Below, piece by piece: positions 25,597 to 35,446 of a stretch of 64,000 nucleotides of DNA. Numbering within the stretch: position 1 is the first letter of the stretch; each line of letters begins with the position of its first letter. The position numbers and the translations under genes were made by a program. This stretch comes from an uncultured Chloroflexaceae bacterium (GTDB taxonomy: Bacteria > Chloroflexota > Chloroflexia > Chloroflexales > Chloroflexaceae): positions 6,214-70,213 of the forward strand of contig CAZGLO010000001.1 of the NCBI GenBank assembly GCA_964526735.1. The letters are read 5' to 3'. Under the pieces are notes generated by a model. That model was not told the DNA's origin and ran no database searches. It saw only the letters and a list, made by a program, of their open reading frames with translations.

Positions 25597-27846
25597 TTAT
25601 GGTGTATCGTACGAAACAGTTTCGTCGGACAAGTGTGGCCTATTGGGCGGGCTATCGGAAGGAACTTCTACCGGATCAAGTGCTGCCCAATCGATCAAAA
25701 TACCGCCTTCCCGCTCATCTTCAGGCCGATGGTTGAGCACGGAGAGGGGGATAGTGTCGCTGTGCAGCAGCAGGGTCACCCCATCGGACGACGGCGGCAC
25801 CATCATGCGGTAGATGCGCGGCCACCCGGGCGCGATGGTCGTTGCTATGGGCATTGTATCATTGAGTGTGATGTGCATATGGGGAGGGGGAGATGTGTGT
25901 GGGCGGGGGGCACTCGCGCGTAGCCGTACCACAGATGTGGGAGTAGGCGCGGTACCAAACCGCAATCCGGCATATGCTCCTGTCCACCGTGCCGGAGGAA
26001 GTACCTCTGGGGCATACTCCATATAAATCCCGAAGATATAACCATAGAGACATGCGGGTGGTGCTCCAAGGTCGAGCGTTTGACGTGGTGGGAGAAGAGT
26101 TGCTGCAAACCCAACCCGCTCCAACTGCCCCACCGAAAGTGAACTTGCTTGAAGCTGATCTACCACTGCTTCATTATACCCTTGGCGTTGCAATACCCGT
26201 GCCGACCCAATGCGGGCTTGAGGGGCATGGTAGGTCACGTGTGTTGCGCGCTGATACCATATATGGGCGCTATCTTCTCGGCCAAGTGTTTCGGCCACCT
26301 GCCCCGCCGCCACCAATGTCGTGATGCGAGTTGGGTACCACGCGACCGCCGTTTCATAAGCGCGATATGCTGCATTGATATCACCAGTATGCCAAGCAGT
26401 CGTGCCGCGCACATGCCACCATTGGCTCATTGCGAGGGGGACAAGATGAAGATACCACGAGCCAAAGAGAAAAATACCGAGAACAAGGAAGATACGCCAC
26501 CGTTGGAGAGTGAAACGTTGAAGAGATCCGAAGATATCATGGCTGGCTATTATAGCATACTCTTGCAATCCTTGCACCATGCGAATGATACGAATGATAC
26601 CCATGACCCCCAACGGAATGAGTACCACCATCAGGGGGAGGCGCAAACGGGGCTGTACCAACGTCAATATGGAGAGGAGAAAGAGCGATCCCCCCCATAC
26701 CACGGCAATCTTCGTAAAGCGGTCGTGCCACCTCCATGTTATTTGCACCACTGCGCCCATCAATAGCGGCACATAGACCACATCAGCGCAAAGATTGAGC
26801 CATCGCCACCAACATGGCGGCTGCACCTCTCCGAAGTTGGGGCCACGCTCTACCGTCGTCCTGATGCTGTATGTGCGCGGGCAGGTGAGGTAGAGATCGC
26901 CGTCGTGGCCGGACGCCAACACATCCGCCTCTGGCCGCCAAAACTGACGTGCCTTCTCTGCAAGCTGCTCTATAGTGAAGACGGGGTGTGAAAGCATATT
27001 GTTGCGGGCGAGCGCGGCAAATGCCCGGTCGCGGTCGGCGAGGTTGGGGTACACTTCCTGCATATCTGCCTCTATAGAGGTGATGCGTTGATCGGGCAAT
27101 CGGTTACCAAGCCACAGGTTAAACCCGCCGGTCGTATCGAGCACAACCAGCCGGTGGTAGACTATGGCATTGCGCACTGTCCACGGCGCGACGATCACCG
27201 CCGCACACGCCCCCGCCACCACGATCCGCCCAAGTCGTGCTTTCCACGGCCCTCCCGCAAGCCACGACGCAACGAAGAGCGCAGGAATTGTCCCCACTGC
27301 GATGGGCTTGATGAGCATCGCCAACCCCAAGACGACCCCTGCCACCGCCGCAAGCGTGAAACTTGGCGTGTTCATCAGCCGCAGGAGGAGGAGCAGGAAA
27401 AATGCCAGAACAACCAACAATAGCATTTCAGCCATCAGGTAGGAGGAGTAGGCAATGAGCGGGAATGAGATCGCCCCCACAAATCCACATAACAACGCCA
27501 CCCGCCACGTCCGCGACCCCAATCCCCCAATGCGGTAGAGCAAGTAAACAAGCACAACACCAAGGAAAACTTGGCCAAGTCGTGCCAGCAAAAGCGTAGT
27601 AGTTTTGTCAGTGGGGCCGAGAAAAAGAGCAAGCCAGGTGGGGAAGAGCGGCGGGCGGAGCCATCGCCCATTGTCGATGTATGAGCCTTCACGGAGCGCC
27701 CGCGCAATCTCTAGATATTCGGCCTCATCGAAGACCAGCGATGCGTCCCAGAGGAACCAAAGCCAGAGGAGCCGCAGTCCAAGCCCCACACCGAGTATCC
27801 AAAGCAGTGGGCGACGACGAATTGAGTGCATCAAATGAGAAATCAT
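25597..27846 (-). CDS. PMT/ArnT-like (GT39-type, GT-C fold) membrane glycosyltransferase with C-terminal TPR-like region
   Basis: Start re-picked at ATG 27846 (or 27831). LLWILGVGLGLRLLWLW...DEAEYLEIARAL..GRWLRPPLFPTWLA is the typical first TM plus loop-1 acidic motif. About 12 TM segments. Paralogous to 38775..40889. Confidence 0.75.
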   Translation of the reverse strand: MISHLMHSIRRRPLLWILGVGLGLRLLWLWFLWDASLVFDEAEYLEIARALREGSYIDNGRWLRPPLFPTWLALFLGPTDKTTTLLLARLGQVFLGVVLVYLLYRIGGLGSRTWRVALLCGFVGAISFPLIAYSSYLMAEMLLLVVLAFFLLLLLRLMNTPSFTLAAVAGVVLGLAMLIKPIAVGTIPALFVASWLAGGPWKARLGRIVVAGACAAVIVAPWTVRNAIVYHRLVVLDTTGGFNLWLGNRLPDQRITSIEADMQEVYPNLADRDRAFAALARNNMLSHPVFTIEQLAEKARQFWRPEADVLASGHDGDLYLTCPRTYSIRTTVERGPNFGEVQPPCWWRWLNLCADVVYVPLLMGAVVQITWRWHDRFTKIAVVWGGSLFLLSILTLVQPRLRLPLMVVLIPLGVMGIIRIIRMVQGLQEYAIIASHDIFGSLQRFTLQRWRIFLVLGIFLFGSWYLHLVPLAMSQWWHVRGTTAWHTGDINAAYRAYETAVAWYPTRITTLVAAGQVAETLGREDSAHIWYQRATHVTYHAPQARIGSARVLQRQGYNEAVVDQLQASSLSVGQLERVGFAATLLPPRQTLDLGAPPACLYGYIFGIYMEYAPEVLPPARWTGAYAGLRFGTAPTPTSVVRLRASAPRPHTSPPPHMHITLNDTMPIATTIAPGWPRIYRMMVPPSSDGVTLLLHSDTIPLSVLNHRPEDEREGGILIDWAALDPVEVPSDSPPNRPHLSDETVSYDTP

Positions 27847-30169
27847 TGCGTATATAGAGTTTAACCGCACGCCCCTCTGGGCCATCAAATGCGTTATAGT
27901 GGTAGTCTTCCTTGAACGACGGGTGGTGCCAGAATATCGACGAGCCTTTGTATGGCACAATCGCAGGCTCGCGCCCAAAGACGTAATCAGCATCCATCTT
28001 TTCGTGTCCGGCCTTGCCCGCCCCAATATCCGGCACCGGCAAATGAGCAATATGGAGGTCGGTCAGCCCAAGCGCATCAATCACTGGCCGGTCGGCGTAG
28101 TAGGGCAATGCGCCCGCCGTCGCCGCGATGAGGGTGTCGGGCGGGGTGTGGCTGTTGATCCACCGCCCCGTCTCGCGGTATTGCTTCACAATTTCCATGC
28201 CAGCCCATACTGGCGTTCCGGGGAGGTAACTACTCTCCCGCGGCAAGAGCAGGACAAGGATAATCGCCACGCCCGCAATCAGCGCCCCGCCCACAGCGGC
28301 CATTCGCCCATTCGCCCACTCTGCCATGCCCCACACGCCCAACAGCGTCAGGAGGGGCAGGAGCGGGATGAAGAACCGTGCGCCAGGTACCCAATCGCCG
28401 CCAACCGCCACGATATAGAGTGTAAAGATGGTGACCATGGCCGCGAGGAGGGTGCCTATTTGCCAACCTGACGGCAACCGCCTTGAGCGGAAGCATCGCC
28501 ACCCACCCGACGCCACCCCTCCCACCATCACGAGGAAGAGCACGTGTGTCGTGGCAAACGTCCAGAGGTATTCTCCCCCGCGGAGTGCTTGTGCCCATGT
28601 GCCGCCGACCTTCACATAGAACGTATTGGGCAGCAGATAGCCATAGTAGCTCCACCGCCACAGGAAATAGCTCCCATACAAGCCAATGAGTGGCAGTGCC
28701 AGGGTGAGCGCCGGTCGTATGATGCGTATGAGGCTGCGTCCACCCTGCGACCGCCACCCCTGCCACAGCGCGTATAATCCTGCTACCCCCGCAAATACCA
28801 CCCCATCAGGGCGCGTCATCATGGTCAGGGCGAGGAAGATGCCTGCCCACCCCCACCGTTCCCGCGTGAGCAGCACCATTGCCACAAGTAGGAGCGTGGT
28901 GAAGAGGGCAGTCTCCATACCGCTGCCGCGCGTGGTGTACATAAGGAATGGCCCGCTCACCGCCAACAACGTCGCACTTGCCCACTCCCACGGCATTGGC
29001 ATCAGCCGTCGGGAGAGCAGCATCGTCAGCGCAATGATGGCAAAGCCGAGAATGAGATTGATGCAGGCAGAGGCCAGGACGGGGTCGCCATCAAGCGCGA
29101 ACACCGTCGGAAAGAGCATTGTCCACAGGAAATTGGTATAGCCCTCAACCCGCTCCCCGACATTGTAGACCAACCCGTGCCCCGCCTCAAAGTGGCGCGC
29201 GTATTGGAAGGATACAAATGCGTCATCGACGATCCAGAAGCCAAGCAGTTGCGGGGAGAATACCAGCCAGAGGCTCAGCAGCGGCGCGGCGATGAGTGGT
29301 ATCAATCGGGTGAGCCGATTGCCATTGCGGGGCAGGGTGATGAGCCAAAAGAGGAGTATCCCCCCCACCGCCGCCGATGCGAGTACGGGTTGCGGCAGGA
29401 AATGCGGCTGATAGCTCGCCACCACCGCCAGCCATCCCCCGCCGACAAGCCCTCCCACCGCGAGCGACCGCCACCGCCAGACAGCAAACAATATCCCCCC
29501 TACCGCCACCGCAAGGCTCCCTATATCGCCAAGTGGAGTACCACGCGCTTGGCGGATGGCAAAGGCATCAATTGCCATCCCAAGCGTCCGGTCACTCGCA
29601 TCAACCCACGTAGGCGACCGCACATCAAGCATCACGCTGTAGTCGGGGTGGGTCAAGTCGGGCGGGGCGAGGATGTGGTAGCGTCGCCATTGGCTGGGAG
29701 CCGCCTCAACCAACATCGGCTCATTGTTGATGAGCAGGGTGAAGGGACGCGGCGGCGATTCCTCCCGGCACCCGCACAGCGTCACCTCCACAATCGATTG
29801 GCCCATACGCAGCGCGGCGGGGAAAGTGATTGTACCACGACCGTGTGTCCACCGAAACGTACGTTCTTCCCACTGCTCACGGGTATCAAAGCCGAAAAAC
29901 GTCTCAAAGGTGGCCGTACGCCCCTCCGCCAAGAACGGCGGCTCATTGCCAACATCGGCAGCCATCTGACGCGGCGGGAAGATAATCCCCCGTCCAAGGC
30001 CAATGACCACGGCACAGAGCACAACCGCTCCAATGAGCAGCAGCACGGTGGATGGGCTGTTTTGGGTGATGGGGGTGGCAGGTGGTTGTTGAGATGATTG
30101 CTGAGATGATTGCTGAGATAGTTGCTGAGATGGTTGCTGAGATGGTTGTTTGTGCTGCAAGCCGTCCAA
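27725..30169 (-). CDS. Large polytopic membrane protein, probable GT-C glycosyltransferase with N-terminal extracytoplasmic domain
   Basis: 814-aa ORF (TTG start, uncertain). Gln/Ser-rich N-terminus, single TM, ~200-aa soluble domain, then a polytopic core with [35 protein letters not shown]. Paralogous to 47697..49673. Confidence 0.7.
   Translation of the reverse strand: [814 protein letters not shown]
30087..30146. repeat. In-frame 12-bp tandem repeat x5 (encodes SQQx units at the N-terminus of the 814-aa protein)
   Basis: Read directly: TG(T/C)TGAGAT(G/A)(A/G)T units. Confidence 0.9.
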
Positions 30170-30175
30170 AGCCTC

Positions 30176-32278
30176 CTATTCCGCCGTGTCAAGCTCTAAA
30201 AGCACCGTCGCGCCGCTATCGTCAAGTACCCGTGCATCTGACGCACGAATCTCCTCTGGCAGAGACGCGACCGGATTGAAGTTGATAATGTAATTGCCAG
30301 TGTCACGCAGGTTGAGGCGCACTGTTGCCTGCTGCCGCCAAGGCCATTGGAGTGGGCTATCATCAAAGACAAGCCCTTTCAACGCCACATCTCCCCCGTC
30401 CCGCGGCAGGCCAAAATCCCATGCGGTTGCGCCGGAGATGTGGCCCACTTCAAACGTTAGCCAGCCTTCCCAATCGGCGGGGACATTTGCCCATTCCCCT
30501 GCATCGGCGAGGGTATTGCCATCTTGATCAATAGGAAAGACCCCGAGCAGGTCGCCTTTGCCATCATTCCGCACCCACACCTTCAGCTGATGTGGGGTGT
30601 CACGGCGGGGGAGCGGTTGGGGGATCTCTATCCGCATCCACTCCGCCGAACGGAGAAGCAATTCGCCATCGTGGTTGACCACATCGTAAGACAACATATC
30701 GTCGAGCGCCATCGTCTCAACCGGATCCGATATCACGGCGTGGGTGATGGGCAACAACTGCTCATCTCCCCCTTCCCTTCCCTTGATGAGCGGCGCGGCG
30801 ATGGGCCAATACACCGCCCCCGCCTTCATTGCGCCGTGGGTCAGGTAGAAGTCGCGCGGTATCTCATCACGGTAGAAAACCCGCGTGGTGTCTGTCGTGG
30901 GCATGGTCGAGCGCGTTGTGCGCTGGACGAGTATCGCGACCTGGTCGGGGTCGAGCGAGAGGTTGTGCCGGTCTCGCATATGCGCCTGCATCTCAAACAA
31001 CGCCGGTACCTTCTGGACGAAGCCCAATATCAGAAACACAATCAAGATCGGCAGGGCGATGCCTCCCACCATCCGCCCCGCCCCTTCCCTCCTAAGCCAC
31101 CTGGCCATCTGCCAGAGAACATGGAGATATGCCGCCAACCCCATCACCGCGCACGGTATCCACAGCCGGTAGAACAGGCTTGCGGGGAAGTAGGGCCGCA
31201 CGACGAAGATACTCGCCCCCGTCGCGCCCACCACCAAGATAGTGAGCCAGAGCGTGGGCAGGAAGGAGATACGTTGTTGGCGGTACAACAACGCATAGCC
31301 CACAACAATCCCTCCCAAGATGATGAGTGCGCCAAACCACCATAATGGGGCCAATAGCCCAACCCACGACCACCATTCCCGCTGCGCCAAGTGGAGATTT
31401 AGCATCATCTCTGTCTGCCAAGAAACACCTTCTGGATAGGGGTAGGGGCGGATGGCCATATCGGGGCTGGAGACCACCGTCGGCAGGACAAATGAGAGCG
31501 CAACAACCCCTCCCGCAAGCAACCCCGCCACCCACATCCTCCTATTCCTGAGTTGCTGTGGCGCGGCAAACAGAATGGCAATCAGTGCGTAGATGACCCC
31601 AATCGTGTGTAGGCCAACAAGCAGCATCGTCCCGATGACCAGGGTTAAAGGCGCATCGCCGGTGCGGGCAAACAGCCGTGCCCACATCAGCATCGCCAAT
31701 GCAAGGCAGATGTTCGATGGGACGACGTAGTGCAGCCCTTGCTCAGGAAAGACAACCACCGCCAAGATACTCAACACCAACCCCGCAGTCACCCACCCCC
31801 ACATCGCGCGCACCCACAGGGCGATGGCCACGCCAAACAGCAGCGGGCCAAGTGCCCATATCAGCATATACGCGCCTTCCCAGCTCAGCCCAACGTGGTG
31901 CAAGAGCCATAGGATGACTGAGAAGAGCGGCGTGTAGACAAGAAATACCCGTACATGAGCGCGCACCTGCTCATATAGGAGGTAGAGGTCATCGCCAGAG
32001 TCGGCGTGGATAGGGGTATCCACTTGGTGGCGGAGGTCGTTGAGCGCCGGACACTCCTGCCAAAAGCAGTCGTCTAGCTGTGCTGCCTTCAGCAGGTAGC
32101 CATAGCTATCATCCACCTCTGGCGGCAAACTCCGTACCGCCAATGGCTGCCACACGAGCATCCCCTGGAACACAAGCCACAATGCCGCGCCAATCCCAAA
32201 CACAACCCACGTCAGCCGCGTGTGATGAGGGCGTTCAGGAAGGATGGCAGGCGTGATAGGAGTGCTCACGGGTCTCAC
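30176..32278 (-). CDS. Polytopic membrane protein with C-terminal soluble domain (unassigned family)
   Basis: 700-aa ORF with a GTG start, about 12 hydrophobic segments, then a ~250-aa hydrophilic C-terminus. Co-directional and tightly spaced within the glycan locus. Confidence 0.65.
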   Translation of the reverse strand: MRPVSTPITPAILPERPHHTRLTWVVFGIGAALWLVFQGMLVWQPLAVRSLPPEVDDSYGYLLKAAQLDDCFWQECPALNDLRHQVDTPIHADSGDDLYLLYEQVRAHVRVFLVYTPLFSVILWLLHHVGLSWEGAYMLIWALGPLLFGVAIALWVRAMWGWVTAGLVLSILAVVVFPEQGLHYVVPSNICLALAMLMWARLFARTGDAPLTLVIGTMLLVGLHTIGVIYALIAILFAAPQQLRNRRMWVAGLLAGGVVALSFVLPTVVSSPDMAIRPYPYPEGVSWQTEMMLNLHLAQREWWSWVGLLAPLWWFGALIILGGIVVGYALLYRQQRISFLPTLWLTILVVGATGASIFVVRPYFPASLFYRLWIPCAVMGLAAYLHVLWQMARWLRREGAGRMVGGIALPILIVFLILGFVQKVPALFEMQAHMRDRHNLSLDPDQVAILVQRTTRSTMPTTDTTRVFYRDEIPRDFYLTHGAMKAGAVYWPIAAPLIKGREGGDEQLLPITHAVISDPVETMALDDMLSYDVVNHDGELLLRSAEWMRIEIPQPLPRRDTPHQLKVWVRNDGKGDLLGVFPIDQDGNTLADAGEWANVPADWEGWLTFEVGHISGATAWDFGLPRDGGDVALKGLVFDDSPLQWPWRQQATVRLNLRDTGNYIINFNPVASLPEEIRASDARVLDDSGATVLLELDTAE

Positions 32279-32399
32279 CGACTCTTACGCGGTGGAAGCC
32301 ACGCCGTTTTAACGGCAGTGGAGGAAACCGCGCTTCTCCTTTCTTGTAATAATCGGAAATCTATGTTATCATTCAATTCTAGGGTGGCTGTCATACCGC

Positions 32400-34142
32400 C
32401 TATTGTCTCGGAGACGGCTCTGCCGTCGCGCCAGGGACAAGTCGCCGCTCTTGAGAGCGTGCGGTATATGACGGGTCTTCGCTTCTCCCAAACGCGTCTT
32501 TGAGCTTGTAGATGGTCACGGCTTGGGAGGGGTCATTTGGCAAGGGCACTTCCTTGACCACCTCGCTCACCTCGGAGAAGGGGGTATGGACATGGTCGGC
32601 CTCGCGGACATCAAGCGCTACCCCCTCCCCAAACCCCGCCTTCGCTGCGACCAAACGCACATAGATCCACAGTTTGCCGAGCGACGAGATTTCGTGGTGG
32701 GCCGGGGCATCGCTGAGGTTGCTGCTATAGAATTCGATAAATGAGGCGACCCCCGGCACATCAACGATATACTCAACGCCCTTGGAGCGCAGATAGACAT
32801 CCAACTCTCGCTCCTCCAACACGGGAATAATCTCACTATTGAGCTTGCCATCGAAGTTGAGCACCACGCGCTCGCTGTAATATTGAAACACGCCCGAATT
32901 TTGCGCGGCGAGGCGGGCATCTTGCGGCAACTCCTCCGCAATCCACCGCGCGGCCTGATACATCGCCGGTTGCGCAAGGTAGGGAGCATTCATCACGACC
33001 TGCGTATACCCCCACGTCGTGAACATGTTGACCCCGATCGCCACCACGGCTATCCCTATCGCCACCGCACGTCGCAATTGCGGGCGGGGCGGGAGCGAGT
33101 CGAGGGCAACGCATACAAGCACGACCAATGCCACCGCCACGCCAACGTAATAACGTGGCCGCCCTTGCTGCTGCAGGTAGGCATAGAAGAAGGTCAGCGC
33201 AAAGGTGTAGAGCATGAGCGGGGTGAGGAAAAAACGCTTGACCGGCGGCAAGAAGAGGTATATCGCCACAATCGCCGCCACGCCAATCGCCAATAGCCAC
33301 GCCGGTGCCCATGTCATATCAAATGCGGGTTGGTAGGCGACAAGCTGCAAGCCACTCGTGAAGGCAAACGACTCCTTATAGCTGTGCATGTAGGACAACG
33401 CGCGCCCACTGCTTGGCGTCAGATGGCCAAACACCACCATATTGCGGATAAAGTAGGGCAGCAAGACCACGCCCACCGTCGCCCCGTAGCTGATGCTGAC
33501 CCACGGCACTTGACGCGCCCGCACTTCCTTCCACAGCCACACCAGGCCAAGCATCCCCGCGGCGATCATCGTATCTAGGCGCGCCAACGTCGCAAGCCCG
33601 CCTATCACCCCCATGATAATCCCCCCGCGTACGGTGATTGGCTCTCGGTTGAGTGCATACCACCACAGTGTGATAAGCAGGAGCAGCGCCAATGAGGTCT
33701 CCATCGCATTGACACTCACCCGAATGAGGAACGGGTTGAGGCTGAGGACGGCCAATCCTCCCAATGCGAGCGGGCGGGTGGCGACATGCGTCAGTAGCCG
33801 GTAGAGCGGGAAGAGCGCAAGGCTACTTAGAATGGCACATATCACGACATTGAGCCGAAAGCCAAGGTCGAGTATATTTGGTGCATCCGGCGCGAAAAGA
33901 TAGGGGATGGCTCCAAGCGTGAGCGGGTAGAGGGGGTGGAACCCGTTCGTTGGGAAGAGGCCATCCGCCGTGATGCCGTGCCCCATCGCCCAATGCCGCG
34001 CGATAGCCGTCACCATCCACGCATCGTCCTCCAGGAGGATGAAGAGGTATTCTCTCGGCAGCAGGGCGAAGGCAAGTCGGGCTATCACGCCCGCGCCGAT
34101 GAGGAGCAATACAGGGAGATCAAACGTCTGCTGTTGTTTCAT
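32400..34142 (-). CDS. Polytopic membrane protein, ArnT/PMT-like GT-C candidate
   Basis: 580-aa ORF. The first loop has LLEDDAWMVTAIARHWAMGHGIT (acidic DD motif after TM1). ATGA overlap with the upstream GT4 gene. Confidence 0.7.
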   Translation of the reverse strand: MKQQQTFDLPVLLLIGAGVIARLAFALLPREYLFILLEDDAWMVTAIARHWAMGHGITADGLFPTNGFHPLYPLTLGAIPYLFAPDAPNILDLGFRLNVVICAILSSLALFPLYRLLTHVATRPLALGGLAVLSLNPFLIRVSVNAMETSLALLLLITLWWYALNREPITVRGGIIMGVIGGLATLARLDTMIAAGMLGLVWLWKEVRARQVPWVSISYGATVGVVLLPYFIRNMVVFGHLTPSSGRALSYMHSYKESFAFTSGLQLVAYQPAFDMTWAPAWLLAIGVAAIVAIYLFLPPVKRFFLTPLMLYTFALTFFYAYLQQQGRPRYYVGVAVALVVLVCVALDSLPPRPQLRRAVAIGIAVVAIGVNMFTTWGYTQVVMNAPYLAQPAMYQAARWIAEELPQDARLAAQNSGVFQYYSERVVLNFDGKLNSEIIPVLEERELDVYLRSKGVEYIVDVPGVASFIEFYSSNLSDAPAHHEISSLGKLWIYVRLVAAKAGFGEGVALDVREADHVHTPFSEVSEVVKEVPLPNDPSQAVTIYKLKDAFGRSEDPSYTARSQERRLVPGATAEPSPRQ

Positions 34143-35446
34143 AGCCGTTTCGTTGGCGGGGGGAGGTGGTGTCCCTTCCTCGCAAGCACTTCGCGATAGA
34201 CCGTTTCAATCTTCTCGACGCACACCGTTTCGTGATAGACCTCGTGCAGCCGCTCCCGCCCGCGCGCCACCAATGCCGCCCGCCGTTCGCCATCGCCAAG
34301 CAACGTGACTGCCGCCTGCCCAAGCGCTTCGGCGTTGTTGTAGGGCACCAACACGCCATGTTCGCCATCGTGCACAATTTCTCGCACCACGGGGATATCT
34401 GTCGTGATGATGGGGCAACCAGCCGCCATTGCCTCAAGCAGGGGTAATCCAAAACCTTCATACCGTGTTGGGAAGAGGAAAACATCGCTTGAACGGTAGA
34501 GGTTGACTAACTGGTCATCAGGCAGGTAGCCCAATAAGTGGACATTTGCCTCAACCCCCAACTCCTGCGCCAATGCCAATGTCTGTTCACGTTGTGCCTG
34601 GTTCAGCCCCGACACAATCAGCAATGAAGCATTGGGGTAGGTCTCCACGATAGTCGGCAATGCCCGCAACGCAAGGTCATAGCCCTTCCGCGGGGTCAGC
34701 TGCCCCACAAAGAGCAACCATGGCCGCGGGTGAGGGAGAGAGGGGGGAAGGTGCGGCGTCTGCACTATATAGTCGGCATCAATCCAGAGCGGCACGACCG
34801 TCTGCGGCTGTATCATACCAAATTTGCGCATCATATCGGCCTCAAAGAGCGAACACGGGATGAGGCCATCTGCCGCGGCGAGTGGCCAATGCAGCCAGAA
34901 ATTGCGTAGGACATCCCGCGCATCCCATTCGCTGACCAACAACCGCGCCATATCGCTGACCGTGAACGCAAGCCGCTCATATGTCGGCTCAACCTCAAAC
35001 GGATGCTCTCTATCGGGGGTGGCGTAGTGGTCGTGGAAGGGGCCAAGCCACGTGTAGACACGCGGTATTTCGCGCCGCTTCGCCCACCACGTGATTTGCG
35101 CTGCCAAGACGTTGCGGGGGTGCATCAGGTGGATGATATCAGGCTGCGGCCCCTTGCCCAATGCCCGCGCCAATTCGCGGTTGGGCATATAGCCGGAGCG
35201 CACGCGGAAGACCTCTATGCCGTCAATCATTTCGTGGGCGGTGGCAAGGGGCGGACGTTGTTCATCCCGCGTCCCGATGGCCCACACCCGATGGCCGCGC
35301 TTCACCAAGGCTTTGGCCAACACCCGCTCTGGCCAGTGGTAGAACGTCGTTGTGACCCCGCCCAAGCCCGCAATCAGGATGGTGAGAGGGGTTTGGGCCG
35401 TCTCTATGCTCTCTATGGTGTATATGGCCTGTGTCGTTTCGCTCAT
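34139..35446 (-). CDS. Family 4 (GT-B, group 1) glycosyltransferase
   Basis: C-terminal FPTRYEGFGLPLLEAMAAGCPIITTDIPVVREIV is the EX7E-type GT4 signature. ATGA overlaps at both ends. Confidence 0.9.
   Translation of the reverse strand: MSETTQAIYTIESIETAQTPLTILIAGLGGVTTTFYHWPERVLAKALVKRGHRVWAIGTRDEQRPPLATAHEMIDGIEVFRVRSGYMPNRELARALGKGPQPDIIHLMHPRNVLAAQITWWAKRREIPRVYTWLGPFHDHYATPDREHPFEVEPTYERLAFTVSDMARLLVSEWDARDVLRNFWLHWPLAAADGLIPCSLFEADMMRKFGMIQPQTVVPLWIDADYIVQTPHLPPSLPHPRPWLLFVGQLTPRKGYDLALRALPTIVETYPNASLLIVSGLNQAQREQTLALAQELGVEANVHLLGYLPDDQLVNLYRSSDVFLFPTRYEGFGLPLLEAMAAGCPIITTDIPVVREIVHDGEHGVLVPYNNAEALGQAAVTLLGDGERRAALVARGRERLHEVYHETVCVEKIETVYREVLARKGHHLPPPTKRL

Noticed and set aside
28686-30097. 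Plus-strand ORFs (28686..29141, 29177..30097) and similar ones across 30524..31345, 35003..35611 and 38870..39679
   Set aside because: They are antisense to long polytopic membrane-protein genes. Their Arg/Pro/His-rich translations lack motifs. These are shadow ORFs.
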